From contig JAFTZM010000034.1 in assembly GCA_017464525.1 (NCBI GenBank), positions 17,817 to 81,816 on the forward strand: a stretch of 64,000 bases of DNA, given 5' to 3'. This DNA comes from Clostridia bacterium. GTDB taxonomy: Bacteria; Bacillota; Clostridia; Oscillospirales; QAKW01. The translations under genes were made by a program, and so were the position numbers. Below are positions 36,337 through 46,855 of this stretch, piece after piece. The first letter of the stretch is position 1, and every line of letters starts with the position of its first letter. The notes beneath the pieces were generated by a model. That model worked only from the letters and a program-made list of their open reading frames with translations. It searched no databases and was not told the origin of the DNA.

Positions 36337-38040
36337 TTATTTGAGAATAGAGTCGGTGCAGGTGGGTAAGAGAAAAGGGGCTTCGGCGCCGTATTGCTCG
36401 AAGAGTTCGATGGTGTTTTCCTCCTGCAAAAGTTCACCGGGAACGTAGAGGGTATACTGGGGGCCAACGTTCCAGTACCGGCCCAAATTAAAACTGTTGA
36501 TCCGGACATAGCCCTTTTTCATGCCGCTGCAATCCAGGAAGGTATCCTTTCCGGGCTCAGCCCTGAAGGTGCCCTTCAACACGGCGGGGCCGTCAACGGG
36601 AGTGAAGCCATTGGTCTCGAAACGGATATTCAGGGGCAGATTCTGCCAATCATAAAGATGGATGCGATCCTGCATTAGCACACTCCCCACAATGCCCTTT
36701 TGCTCATTGAGACGCACCCCGAAGTTGATACGGCCCATATTTTCCACCAGCAGCTCCAAGATGGCCTTTTGCCCGGCGGGTAGATCGATGATCACCTTTT
36801 CGGGGCGATCCCGCATGAGGGTACCCAGATAGCGGCGATCCAGAAAAACATCGGCCTGATCCCGCAGGTACGGAATATTCAGTTCCATCGGTGCGCCACA
36901 GCCTACCACCTCGGTACGGTAGAGGACATAGCCGTACGGATGATCCAATTCCTCAAAGGACATAGGCTCGACGCTCTCCACCGCCTTACTGTAGTCCACC
37001 TGATCCCAAAGGGAGGCAGATTCGGTGATCTGAATTTTAGGGGTCTGGGTCTCATAGGAAATTTTCGGCATAGGAGGCTCCGGCTGACCCAAAAATTCCC
37101 AATAGGCCTTGCGGCAGGCAAAATATTTGGCGGTGGGCAGACCCTGCTCATTTAAAAGAGCATCCTCTTCATAGGTGGTTGTATGGGGAATATATTTGGG
37201 AGCCCCCTCGGTGACACCAAAGGTGCGGCCGTAGTTGGCGCCGTTCATAAACCCGAAGTTGGTGCCGCCGGCAAACATATAGAAGGTGACCAGGCCTTGG
37301 TTCTCCAGGGCTTCCCGAAAGCCCTTCACCACATCCTTCAGCACCCGAGGAGCGTAGGGCTCCCCTTTATGGATGGCCCGGCCGGACCAATACTCGCCGA
37401 TGAGGGCGGGCCGATCCGGCTGAACAGCCCGAAGGGCATCCAGGGCAATTTTGCTTTCCACCCGGTAATTGACCGCTGCCTGCACGCCGGGGATGTGCCC
37501 ATATTGCAGGTAAGAGGGGCTATAGCCGTCGGTGGTATAGAAGGGGCCGTCTACCCCGTTCTGCTGCAGCAACTCCATCAGCCGCCGCAGATAGACAGCA
37601 TCATTGCCGTAGCTGCCGTATTCATTCTCGATACAGGTGGCCACGATGGGGCCGCCGTTACTTGCCAGATAGGGAATAAACACCGGGCAGAGCACCTTAT
37701 AAAAATCCGCCACATGGCGCATAAATTTAGGGTCATGAGAGCGGAGGCTCATTTTTTCTTTCAAAAGCCACCAGGGCAGGCCGCCCATATCCCACTCACT
37801 GCAAATATAGGGCGAGGGGCGAAGCAGCACCTTAAAGCCCAGTTCCTGCGCCAGCTTTAAAAAGCCCTCTAGGTCGGAAAGACCCTCGAAGCAAAACTGC
37901 CCCTTTTGAGGCTCATGGAGGTTCCACGGCACATAGGTCTGCAGTACCGTGACCCCAAAGGCCTTCATGTATTCCATTCTGCGGCGCAAGCCGCCGGGGT
38001 AGATGCGGTAATAATGGATATCGCCCGCTAAAAAGTTCAT
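36337..38040 (-). CDS. GH35 beta-galactosidase-like glycosidase (short N-terminus)
   Basis: 567 aa with GDIHYYR...QTYVPWNLHEP...IENEYGSYG (acid/base Glu). AGGAGGG RBS 5 nt upstream. Confidence 0.88.
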   Translation of the reverse strand: MNFLAGDIHYYRIYPGGLRRRMEYMKAFGVTVLQTYVPWNLHEPQKGQFCFEGLSDLEGFLKLAQELGFKVLLRPSPYICSEWDMGGLPWWLLKEKMSLRSHDPKFMRHVADFYKVLCPVFIPYLASNGGPIVATCIENEYGSYGNDAVYLRRLMELLQQNGVDGPFYTTDGYSPSYLQYGHIPGVQAAVNYRVESKIALDALRAVQPDRPALIGEYWSGRAIHKGEPYAPRVLKDVVKGFREALENQGLVTFYMFAGGTNFGFMNGANYGRTFGVTEGAPKYIPHTTTYEEDALLNEQGLPTAKYFACRKAYWEFLGQPEPPMPKISYETQTPKIQITESASLWDQVDYSKAVESVEPMSFEELDHPYGYVLYRTEVVGCGAPMELNIPYLRDQADVFLDRRYLGTLMRDRPEKVIIDLPAGQKAILELLVENMGRINFGVRLNEQKGIVGSVLMQDRIHLYDWQNLPLNIRFETNGFTPVDGPAVLKGTFRAEPGKDTFLDCSGMKKGYVRINSFNLGRYWNVGPQYTLYVPGELLQEENTIELFEQYGAEAPFLLPTCTDSILK

Positions 38041-38079
38041 ATTGACCCTCCTGAAAATTTATGGTATCCTATCACCGAG

Positions 38080-38928
38080 GTGAGGATTATGCAAAAATCT
38101 GCATATATCGGCGGGGAAGACCGCCATAACATCCGTGATCGGCTGGAGGTGGTCTCTGCCGGGCATATGGTGATGGACGAACGCTCGGCCGCTTTCAGCG
38201 GGCCCTCCCGCCCCAAGGGGTTCCCCGATTACCAGATCATCTACATCCGCAAGGGGCTGGGGCATTTTTATTTTGAGACCGGCGAACAGCGGGTCACCGC
38301 TGGCCACGCAGTCCTTTTCCTTCCCCATCAGCCGCAGATCTATCGCTATTTTCGAGAGGACCGACCCGAGGTCTATTGGCTTCATTTCGGCGGCACCGAA
38401 ACCGCCGCCCTGCTCCGGGAATTGGGGCTTGGCGAAAAACAGGTCCTGCCCCTGACCGCCGAAGGAGATCTCCCTCGTTTGGCGGCAGAATTGATCATCG
38501 AACTGCAATTACAACGACCCGGCTTCCGCACCGCCTGCCGCGGACTTTTACTGGGAATCCTGACCCGGGTGAGCCGCTCCGCCGAATCCCAAACAGCGAT
38601 AAGGCAGGTCTGCCTTGCCATGGCCGCCGACTACGCCAAGCCCATCACCAACGAGGCGCTGGCCCGGGAGTGCGGCATGAGCCTTTCGACCTTTGCTCAT
38701 CTATTCAAACAAGAGACGGGAGTTTCACCTCGGGAATACCTGCTGCAGCAGCGGCTTTCCGCCGCCCGCTTCTTACTGGAAAACAGCTACCAACCCATTG
38801 GGCAGGTAGCGGCGGCAGTGGGGTTTAGGGATGCCCTATACTTCAGCAAATTCTTTCACACCCGCACCGGAATGAGCCCCACCGAATATCGGGATCATTA
38901 TACCGATTATTTTGATACAAAGCAATAA
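38080..38928 (+). CDS. AraC/XylS-family transcriptional regulator
   Basis: C-terminal ...GFRDALYFSKFFHTRTGMSPTEYR. Alternative ATG start at 38089. Confidence 0.88.
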   Translation: MRIMQKSAYIGGEDRHNIRDRLEVVSAGHMVMDERSAAFSGPSRPKGFPDYQIIYIRKGLGHFYFETGEQRVTAGHAVLFLPHQPQIYRYFREDRPEVYWLHFGGTETAALLRELGLGEKQVLPLTAEGDLPRLAAELIIELQLQRPGFRTACRGLLLGILTRVSRSAESQTAIRQVCLAMAADYAKPITNEALARECGMSLSTFAHLFKQETGVSPREYLLQQRLSAARFLLENSYQPIGQVAAAVGFRDALYFSKFFHTRTGMSPTEYRDHYTDYFDTKQ

Positions 38929-38950
38929 ACAAACCGCCAATTCATATGGA

Positions 38951-39775
38951 TTATTCTGCAAATTCACAAAATTGCTTGGGGGTAACCCCGTAATGCTTAC
39001 GAAAGGCTCGATAGAAATAGGAGAGATCGGAAAACCCCACCGCCTCCGCCACCTCTGCCACCGAAAGGCGGCCGTCCCGCAACAGCTCGGCTGCACGGGT
39101 CAGCCGATACTGCTGTAGGTAGCGAGAAGGAGGCACCCCCTCCTGCTGCAGAAACAGTTTATATAAATAGGAACGCTCCAACCCCACATGAGCGGCCATA
39201 CTGTTCACGGTAATGGGAAAGGGAAAATTATCCTCCACATATTGCTTGACACGGCGGATATACCGCTCTCCTGAAGGTGGTTGTTCCAGATTCTTTGCCA
39301 CCAGCCGGCTCATGATCAACAAAAACCAACCCGTCACGTCGTAGCCGCGGGCTTCGTTCTTTTTGCCTGCGGCGTGCATGGCATAGAGCAGCGGCTCGGT
39401 CTCCGCCAGGTCGAAAGAAAAGGTTACCGCCGCCTCGCTAAGCCCGGCATTGTGCACCAGGGCGATATCGTCAATTCCGCGAAAAGAGGCGTAGATATAC
39501 CTCCACGGCTCCCGGTGATCGGCGGCATAGGTGCAATCCGTACCGGGCGTGATCAAAAATCCTTCGCCGGGACCGAGATGGTATTTTTTCCCTTCCAGTT
39601 CATAAATACCCTTTCCTTCCAGAATAAAATGGGCAGAGTAATCCCGGTAACAGAGAGGCGGCGTAGTATGGCCGGGGTGGCAGATCTGAATGCCGCACTC
39701 CACCACCGCAAGGCTCTGCCCCGGCAATTTATTTAAAGTATAACGATCGGTAATATAACTCATCGTCTCCTCCAT
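38951..39775 (-). CDS. AraC/XylS-family transcriptional regulator
   Basis: C-terminal ...GFSDLSYFYRAFRKHYGVTPKQF. Alternative start at 39763 after GGAGGAG. Confidence 0.88.
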   Translation of the reverse strand: MEETMSYITDRYTLNKLPGQSLAVVECGIQICHPGHTTPPLCYRDYSAHFILEGKGIYELEGKKYHLGPGEGFLITPGTDCTYAADHREPWRYIYASFRGIDDIALVHNAGLSEAAVTFSFDLAETEPLLYAMHAAGKKNEARGYDVTGWFLLIMSRLVAKNLEQPPSGERYIRRVKQYVEDNFPFPITVNSMAAHVGLERSYLYKLFLQQEGVPPSRYLQQYRLTRAAELLRDGRLSVAEVAEAVGFSDLSYFYRAFRKHYGVTPKQFCEFAE

Positions 39776-39922
39776 GCAACATTATTTCAATGTAATCATA
39801 CCATAATGTAGAATTTTTTCAATATCGCCTCTATAAAAAACAACATTTGTCCAATCAAAAAACAACACCACCCCATTTTCTTTTGGGGTGGTGTTTGCTA
39901 TGATAAAACCGAGGTGATTTCT

Positions 39923-41188
39923 ATGAAAGAAAAATTACGCATCGGCATCGTTGGTTGCGGGCAGTTTGCACGGAACTTCGTACTGCTTTTTAAAGAGCAT
40001 CCTGCGGTGGAGCACGTTGCGGTCTGCGATAAATTCAGAGAGCGGGCCGAAAAATATCAGGAACGGTTCGGCACCGACCGGATCTACGACACCTTCGAAG
40101 AGATGGTGACCTCCCCCGACCTGAACGCCATTGCCATCTTTTCCCAGCGAGACACCCACGGTTGGATGGCCATTGAGGCGCTGAAGCAGGGCAAGCACGT
40201 TTACAGCGCCGTTCCCATGGCGTTGGATCCCAAAGAGATCGAAGAGATCGTGCGGCTGGTGGGCGAAACGGGGCTGACCTATTCCATGGGCGAGACGGGC
40301 ATCTACCGCCCCGCCGCCATCTTTTGCCGCCGCAAATATCAAAGCGGCGCCATGGGCAAGGCCGTTTATGCCGAGGCGCAGTACAACCACGATATGGAAC
40401 GGCTATACGACGTTTTCAAATACACCGAGGGGGAAAACTGGAAAAAGATGGCAGGCTTCCCGCCCTTCTTCTACCCCACCCATTCCACATCGATGGTGCT
40501 CTCCGCCACCAAGGCCCATGCAGTAAGCGTGGCAGGCTTTGGCTATGAAGACACCAAAGACCCCGACATCTTCGGCAAGGGACAAAATTATTGGGACAAC
40601 CCCTTTTCCAATTCCTCTATGCTCTTGAAGATGAGCGACGGCTCTGTTGTGCGGATTAGCGAAAACCGCCGCATTGCCTGGCATTTCCCCGAGACCTACA
40701 TCTCCCAATTTCACGGCACCGATGCTTCCTACGAATGTTCCTTGCTGCAGCACAGTTTTGTGACCATGCACGGTCAAACGGTAGACTATGAAGACGTAAG
40801 CAACCTGCTCAACCCCACCGAGGTCACCGCCCACAAGGACGAGCCGGACTTTATGCAGCAGGTCATCAATGGGAAATGGTGCAGCGGGGAAGCCCCCATT
40901 CAGGCGGCAAGTCGACTGCCGCAGGAATACGAGGCCCTTTCCACAGGCCATGCGGGCACCCACAAATTTATGATCGATGATTTTTGCCAAGCCTACGTGA
41001 CCGGCAAGCACTCTCCTACCAACGCCTGGCAGGCGGCACGGTACAATCTGCCGGGGCTGACCGCCCACCAAAGCGCCATGCAGGGCGGGGTGACGCTGGA
41101 GGTTCCCGACCTTGGAGATGCGCCCGGCGAGGTGCTTTCGGAGGATCGCACCGTCAACGAAAATAATTACGAGGAGTACCGAACATGA
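39923..41188 (+). CDS. Gfo/Idh/MocA-family oxidoreductase (long, 421 aa)
   Basis: LRIGIVGCGQFARNF Rossmann N-terminus and a long C-terminal domain. Confidence 0.88.
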   Translation: MKEKLRIGIVGCGQFARNFVLLFKEHPAVEHVAVCDKFRERAEKYQERFGTDRIYDTFEEMVTSPDLNAIAIFSQRDTHGWMAIEALKQGKHVYSAVPMALDPKEIEEIVRLVGETGLTYSMGETGIYRPAAIFCRRKYQSGAMGKAVYAEAQYNHDMERLYDVFKYTEGENWKKMAGFPPFFYPTHSTSMVLSATKAHAVSVAGFGYEDTKDPDIFGKGQNYWDNPFSNSSMLLKMSDGSVVRISENRRIAWHFPETYISQFHGTDASYECSLLQHSFVTMHGQTVDYEDVSNLLNPTEVTAHKDEPDFMQQVINGKWCSGEAPIQAASRLPQEYEALSTGHAGTHKFMIDDFCQAYVTGKHSPTNAWQAARYNLPGLTAHQSAMQGGVTLEVPDLGDAPGEVLSEDRTVNENNYEEYRT

Positions 41189-41697
41189 GCCTGCCGCAAC
41201 TGATCATGCGAAATCCCGACATCACCGATCTGCCGCCCTTGGACACCGGTAATTTCACCCTACGCACCCATCGCCCGGGGGATGAGGAAGCTTGGGAGGG
41301 GCTTATTGAGGCCACCTTCCGGCACCATTTTGATTTTGATTTTTTGATCAAGGCGGGAGACTACAGCCCGGAGAAGGTCTTCTACCTTTGGGAGGGAGAC
41401 CGGGCGGTGGCCACCGCCACCGGGGTGGAGCACCCCGACTACCCCGGCGAGGGCTGGTTTCGGATGGTGGCAGTCCACCCCGAGGTGCAAGGAAAGGGTC
41501 TGGGTAAGAAGATCTGCCTGGCCGTGTTGCACGACCTGGCTCGGCGTGGCTACAAATCCGCCCTGCTCTCCACCGACGACGACCGTATTTCTGCCATAAG
41601 ACTATACCTCTCCCTGGGATTTGAGCCCTACTGCACCCACGAAAGTCACCCGGAGCGGTGGCGGAAAATTATAAAAAATGGGAAGGATCCGTTTTGA
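41185..41697 (+). CDS. GNAT-family N-acetyltransferase
   Basis: 170 aa with VAVHPEVQGKGLGKKICLAVL (motif A). The start overlaps the upstream stop (ATGA). Confidence 0.85.
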   Translation: MSLPQLIMRNPDITDLPPLDTGNFTLRTHRPGDEEAWEGLIEATFRHHFDFDFLIKAGDYSPEKVFYLWEGDRAVATATGVEHPDYPGEGWFRMVAVHPEVQGKGLGKKICLAVLHDLARRGYKSALLSTDDDRISAIRLYLSLGFEPYCTHESHPERWRKIIKNGKDPF

Positions 41698-41721
41698 AGC
41701 TATCTTTTTAAAAAATCCTAC

Positions 41722-41754
41722 AAAAACAGGCTTGCCGAAGCAAGCCTGTTTTTT
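41722..41754. terminator. Bidirectional terminator
   Basis: AAAAA-ACAGGCTTGC-CGAA-GCAAGCCTGT-TTTTT. Confidence 0.85.
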
Positions 41755-41760
41755 ATGCAG

Positions 41761-43065
41761 TTACCGCAGATCCACACCGGCCTGCCAGCCCCAACCGAGG
41801 TAGTTATAGTTGCTGAGCATATCCGTCAGGCTCTGCTCCCGCACCGTTGCAAGGGCATGGATCACCTTACCATCGCCTACATAGATGCCCACATGGCCGT
41901 ATTTATACCCGGCGCTTTTGGTATTCTTACTGCGGAAGTAAACGGCAGCGCCCACCGGAATATTATCCATGGATTTGGAAACACACCAGGAATTATAGGC
42001 GGCCAGCGCACTGCCGGCACCGCCATCGGGCAAGCCGATCTTATTACCGACTACCCGCACAAACTTCTGGCAATAGCCGTTATAGTTGGTGGATCCCAGC
42101 AGATTTCTGGCCTGATTGACCATGTTCTGCTGATTGGGAGAAAGAATGACGGTGATCTGGAACCGTTCCCAGGTAGAGGCAGCGCCAGCATAAGCCTGCA
42201 CCGGGGCATTGGAGGAATCCACCCGCACACAAAGGAACTTGCCGTTGACCTGCGCTTTCAGGTAGTAGTTGCTACCCTTCTGATAGATCTTAAAGCACTC
42301 CCAGGATTGCAGCCGGGAAGCGGTGGCCTCCAGAGGGGTATTGACCTTATTTCTATTGGCGGTGACCCACTTACCGTTATAGGCCTGCAGGCCTGCCCAG
42401 CCATCGGGGGTGACCGTAACGGTAAAGGTCTCCCAGGTGCTTGCTGCGGAACGGTTCGCCCGGGCGGGAACATTACTGTAGTTTCCGTCGGCACAAAGGT
42501 ATTTGCCGTTCTGCACCGATTTCAGGGTGATCTTCTTACCGGCAAAGGAGGTCGTTACATCCTGCATGAGCTCGGAGGTGGCGTTGCGCCCCTCATACTG
42601 GCCGTACTTGATGTAGTGCACCGCATACAAGGCGTTATTATTACCATAGGCATCGCGAAGATCCTGGTAATTGGCCTTATAAACCGAAACATTAAAATAG
42701 GCAGAGCCCTTCCGGCCTTCCGCCAGGCCGTTATTGATATAATGATTCAGCGCAGCGGCATAATTGGTTCCGAAGGCCGCCTTCAGATCGGGATACAGAC
42801 TGATATACACCTTGGGGTCAAATACCGCCGAGGGGGAACGGCCTTCATACTTTCCGTAGTTGTTATAGTGCCCCCGCAGCGCCGAGGTACTGCGGCCCAG
42901 CGCCCGGACAACATCGGGATTATGGCTGGCATACCAATTGGCATCAAAGAGATCCACGCTTGCCGCCGATGCGGAGACCGGCAGGCAGGGGATCAGCAGC
43001 AACGCCACCAACACCATACACAACACCCTACGGAATACATTCTGACGTTTGTTTTTCATCTTCAT
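41761..43065 (-). CDS. Secreted NlpC/P60-type cell-wall hydrolase with N-terminal ~35-aa repeats and two fascin-like beta-trefoil modules
   Basis: Signal peptide (KNKRQNVFRRVLCMVLVALLLIPCLPVSASA). Three Y..HY...G..EGR repeats. GKYLCADGN...STWETF and GKFLCVRVD...STWERF modules. C-terminal YCQKFV...GHVGIYVGDGKVIHA. Start is ATG 43065 or 43059. Confidence 0.8.
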   Translation of the reverse strand: MKMKNKRQNVFRRVLCMVLVALLLIPCLPVSASAASVDLFDANWYASHNPDVVRALGRSTSALRGHYNNYGKYEGRSPSAVFDPKVYISLYPDLKAAFGTNYAAALNHYINNGLAEGRKGSAYFNVSVYKANYQDLRDAYGNNNALYAVHYIKYGQYEGRNATSELMQDVTTSFAGKKITLKSVQNGKYLCADGNYSNVPARANRSAASTWETFTVTVTPDGWAGLQAYNGKWVTANRNKVNTPLEATASRLQSWECFKIYQKGSNYYLKAQVNGKFLCVRVDSSNAPVQAYAGAASTWERFQITVILSPNQQNMVNQARNLLGSTNYNGYCQKFVRVVGNKIGLPDGGAGSALAAYNSWCVSKSMDNIPVGAAVYFRSKNTKSAGYKYGHVGIYVGDGKVIHALATVREQSLTDMLSNYNYLGWGWQAGVDLR

Positions 43066-43137
43066 TTCTCCTTTTTGAATGATTTGTTTTACATCCATTA
43101 AAACGAGGGTGGGAGAAACTTTTTCGCAGAAAAAAGT

Positions 43138-43170
43138 AAAAAAATTACAGCCAAAGGCTGTAATTTTTTA
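43138..43170. terminator. Bidirectional terminator
   Basis: AAAAAA-ATTACAGCC-AAA-GGCTGTAAT-TTTTTT. Confidence 0.8.
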
Positions 43171-44337
43171 GAGTTCATTTAAGAATTCGCTGATGCGCTT
43201 GAGTGCTTCCTTGATATGTTCGGTAGAATAGCAATAGGAGGCACGGATAAAGCCCTCGCCGCCCTGACCAAAAGCGGTACCGGGGACTACGGCCACGTGC
43301 TTCTTTTCCAGAAGCTGCTGGCAGAACTCCTCGCTGGAAAGGCCGGACTTCTGGATGGAAGGGAAGGCATAGAAAGCGCCTTTAGGATCCCGGCAGGTCA
43401 GCCCCAGCTTATTGAAGCCATCCACGATCAGGCGGCGGCGGGTGTCGTATTCCTCCACCATCTCGGCCACCACATCATCGCAGGAAGTCATGGCGGTAAT
43501 GGCCGCATACTGGGAAGTGGTGGGGGCGCACATGATGGCAAACTGATGGATCTTGGTCACCTGCGCCACGATCTCTGCCGGGCCGCAGGCATAACCCAGC
43601 CGCCAGCCAGTCATGGAAAAGGCCTTGGAAAAGCCATTGACCACCAGGGTACGCTCGGCCATTCCGGGCAGAGAGGCAATGGAAACATGGGTCTTTCCGC
43701 CGAAGGTCAGTTCGGCATAGATCTCATCGGAGATCACAATGATATTGGTATCCCGCAGCACCGCAGCGATCTTTTCCAGATCCTCCCTTTCCATGATCGC
43801 CCCGGTGGGGTTACAGGGATAGGGCAGGATGAGTGCCTTGGTTTTGGGGGTAATGGCGGCCTTCAGGGCTTCGGGGGTCAGTTTGAACTGATCCTCTGCC
43901 TTGGTCTCGATGATCACCGGCACGCCCCCGGCCAGCAGGGTAATAGGCTCATAGCAGACATAGCTGGGCTGGGGAATGATGACCTCATCCCCGGGGCAGA
44001 CGGTGGCACGGATACAGCCATCGATGGCCTCGCTGCCACCCACCGTTACCAGAATTTCATGCAAAGGATCGTATTGCAGGCCGTACTTACGGCTCATATA
44101 GGACGCAATGGTCTCCCGCAAAGCCTGCAGGCCCCAGTTGGAGGTATAGCGGGTCTTGCTTTCCTCCAGGGACTTAATACCGGCCTTGCGGATCTGCCAA
44201 GGGGTGGGGAAATCCGGCTCACCCACGCCCAGAGAGATGACCTCCTGCATCGTCTCCGCAAGATCAAAAAACTTGCGGATTCCGGAGGGCTTGATATTCA
44301 GAACCTCCGGGTTCAGGATCTTACTGTAGTCCATCAA
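43168..44337 (-). CDS. PLP-dependent class I/II aminotransferase (aspartate-aminotransferase-like)
   Basis: 389 aa with the ...NGFSKAFSMTGWRLGY PLP-lysine motif. Confidence 0.9.
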   Translation of the reverse strand: MMDYSKILNPEVLNIKPSGIRKFFDLAETMQEVISLGVGEPDFPTPWQIRKAGIKSLEESKTRYTSNWGLQALRETIASYMSRKYGLQYDPLHEILVTVGGSEAIDGCIRATVCPGDEVIIPQPSYVCYEPITLLAGGVPVIIETKAEDQFKLTPEALKAAITPKTKALILPYPCNPTGAIMEREDLEKIAAVLRDTNIIVISDEIYAELTFGGKTHVSIASLPGMAERTLVVNGFSKAFSMTGWRLGYACGPAEIVAQVTKIHQFAIMCAPTTSQYAAITAMTSCDDVVAEMVEEYDTRRRLIVDGFNKLGLTCRDPKGAFYAFPSIQKSGLSSEEFCQQLLEKKHVAVVPGTAFGQGGEGFIRASYCYSTEHIKEALKRISEFLNEL

Positions 44338-44816
44338 AACGAAAAGTGCCCCCGATCATCGCGATCACTATCGCAAAGCTCCACATCCAATTCTTTGTAG
44401 CGCCGGAGTACAAAGTGGGTGGCGGTAGAGATCACATTATCGATGGTAGAAAGCTCTTTGGCAACGAACATGGCAACTCCTTGGAAGGTCTTGCCCTTCA
44501 CAATGACGCAGAGATCATAGCCGCCGGACATAAGGTACACCGTCTCTACCTCAGGGTACTTCATGACCTTTTTAGCCACCTCTTCAAAGCCGAGGCCTGC
44601 CTTGGGGGTGACCTTCAGCTCGATGAGAGCGGAAACATAGGTATTATCCAGACGTTCCCAATCGATCACGGCCTTATAGCCCCGGATAACGCCTGCTTTT
44701 TCCAGTTCATCGATATCCGCCGCCGCATCCTCGGGGGTACGGCCGGTCATGGTGGCCAGCTCCTCCAAGGAATAACGGGCATTTTTATTGAGCAGCTTCA
44801 ATAACTTCATATTCAT
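44334..44816 (-). CDS. Lrp/AsnC-family transcriptional regulator
   Basis: 160 aa with N-terminal HTH (LLKLLNKNARYSLEELATMTGRT) and a C-terminal RAM domain. Confidence 0.88.
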   Translation of the reverse strand: MNMKLLKLLNKNARYSLEELATMTGRTPEDAAADIDELEKAGVIRGYKAVIDWERLDNTYVSALIELKVTPKAGLGFEEVAKKVMKYPEVETVYLMSGGYDLCVIVKGKTFQGVAMFVAKELSTIDNVISTATHFVLRRYKELDVELCDSDRDDRGHFSF

Positions 44817-44829
44817 CGTAGTTTTCTCC

Positions 44830-46071
<1,242 letters not shown>

Positions 46072-46072
46072 T

Positions 46073-46855
46073 TTACTTTTCTCCTAACTCCTTAGTCTTA
46101 TGATATGCTTCGGTAACAGCATTGATGGCTGCGCTGCGGAAGCCGCCATCCTCCAGGGCCTTGACCCCCATAATGGTGCTGCCGCCGGGGCTGCAGACCG
46201 CATCCTTCAAGGCGCCGGGATGGGCGCCGGTCTCCAGCACGGTTTTGGCGCTGCCCAGCACCGTACCCGCCGCCAGCTCCATGGCAATGGCACGGGGCAA
46301 ACCGCAGGCCACACCGCCATCGGCCAGGGCTTCAATAAACTGATAAACAAATGCGGGGCCGCAGCCGGAAAGGGCGCTGCCTGCATCGATGAGTTTTTCC
46401 TCTAATTCCAATAATTTTCCTGCGTGGGCAAAAAGCCTGCAGAACCCTGCGGTCTGCTCCGGCTCTGCCTCAGAGGCATATAGGATCCTTCCCTCCCCCA
46501 CCTGCACCGGTGTATTGGGCATCATGCGGATCCAGGGAAGCTCCTGCCCCAGCATTTCCTTTAAGCTTTCAATTTTCAAGCCCGCCGCCATGCTGACCAT
46601 CACCGGATTTCCCTTGATGGGAAGCTCCTTCAGCACCTTGCCCATCACCTGAGGCTTGACTCCCAGAATGATATAATCGCAGCTTTCGGCGATCTCTTGG
46701 TTGGTGGCAGCGGCTGCACCCAGCGTTTCTGCCAGCGCTGCTGCCTTTTGCGGATCTGCATCTGCCAGCAAAAGACTGCTGCCGCCCACCGATCTTGCTG
46801 CTGCAGCCGCCAGGGCGCCGCCCATATTGCCGCAGCCGATAAATCCGTATTTCAT
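46073..46855 (-). CDS. proC: Pyrroline-5-carboxylate reductase
   Basis: [16 protein letters not shown] Rossmann N-terminus and ...SPGGSTI motif. 260 aa. Confidence 0.93.
   Translation of the reverse strand: MKYGFIGCGNMGGALAAAAARSVGGSSLLLADADPQKAAALAETLGAAAATNQEIAESCDYIILGVKPQVMGKVLKELPIKGNPVMVSMAAGLKIESLKEMLGQELPWIRMMPNTPVQVGEGRILYASEAEPEQTAGFCRLFAHAGKLLELEEKLIDAGSALSGCGPAFVYQFIEALADGGVACGLPRAIAMELAAGTVLGSAKTVLETGAHPGALKDAVCSPGGSTIMGVKALEDGGFRSAAINAVTEAYHKTKELGEK

Noticed and set aside
41755-43101. 448-aa plus-strand ORF opposite the NlpC/P60 gene.
   Set aside because: The minus frame has a signal peptide, internal repeats and catalytic motifs. The plus frame is G/I/H-rich low complexity.
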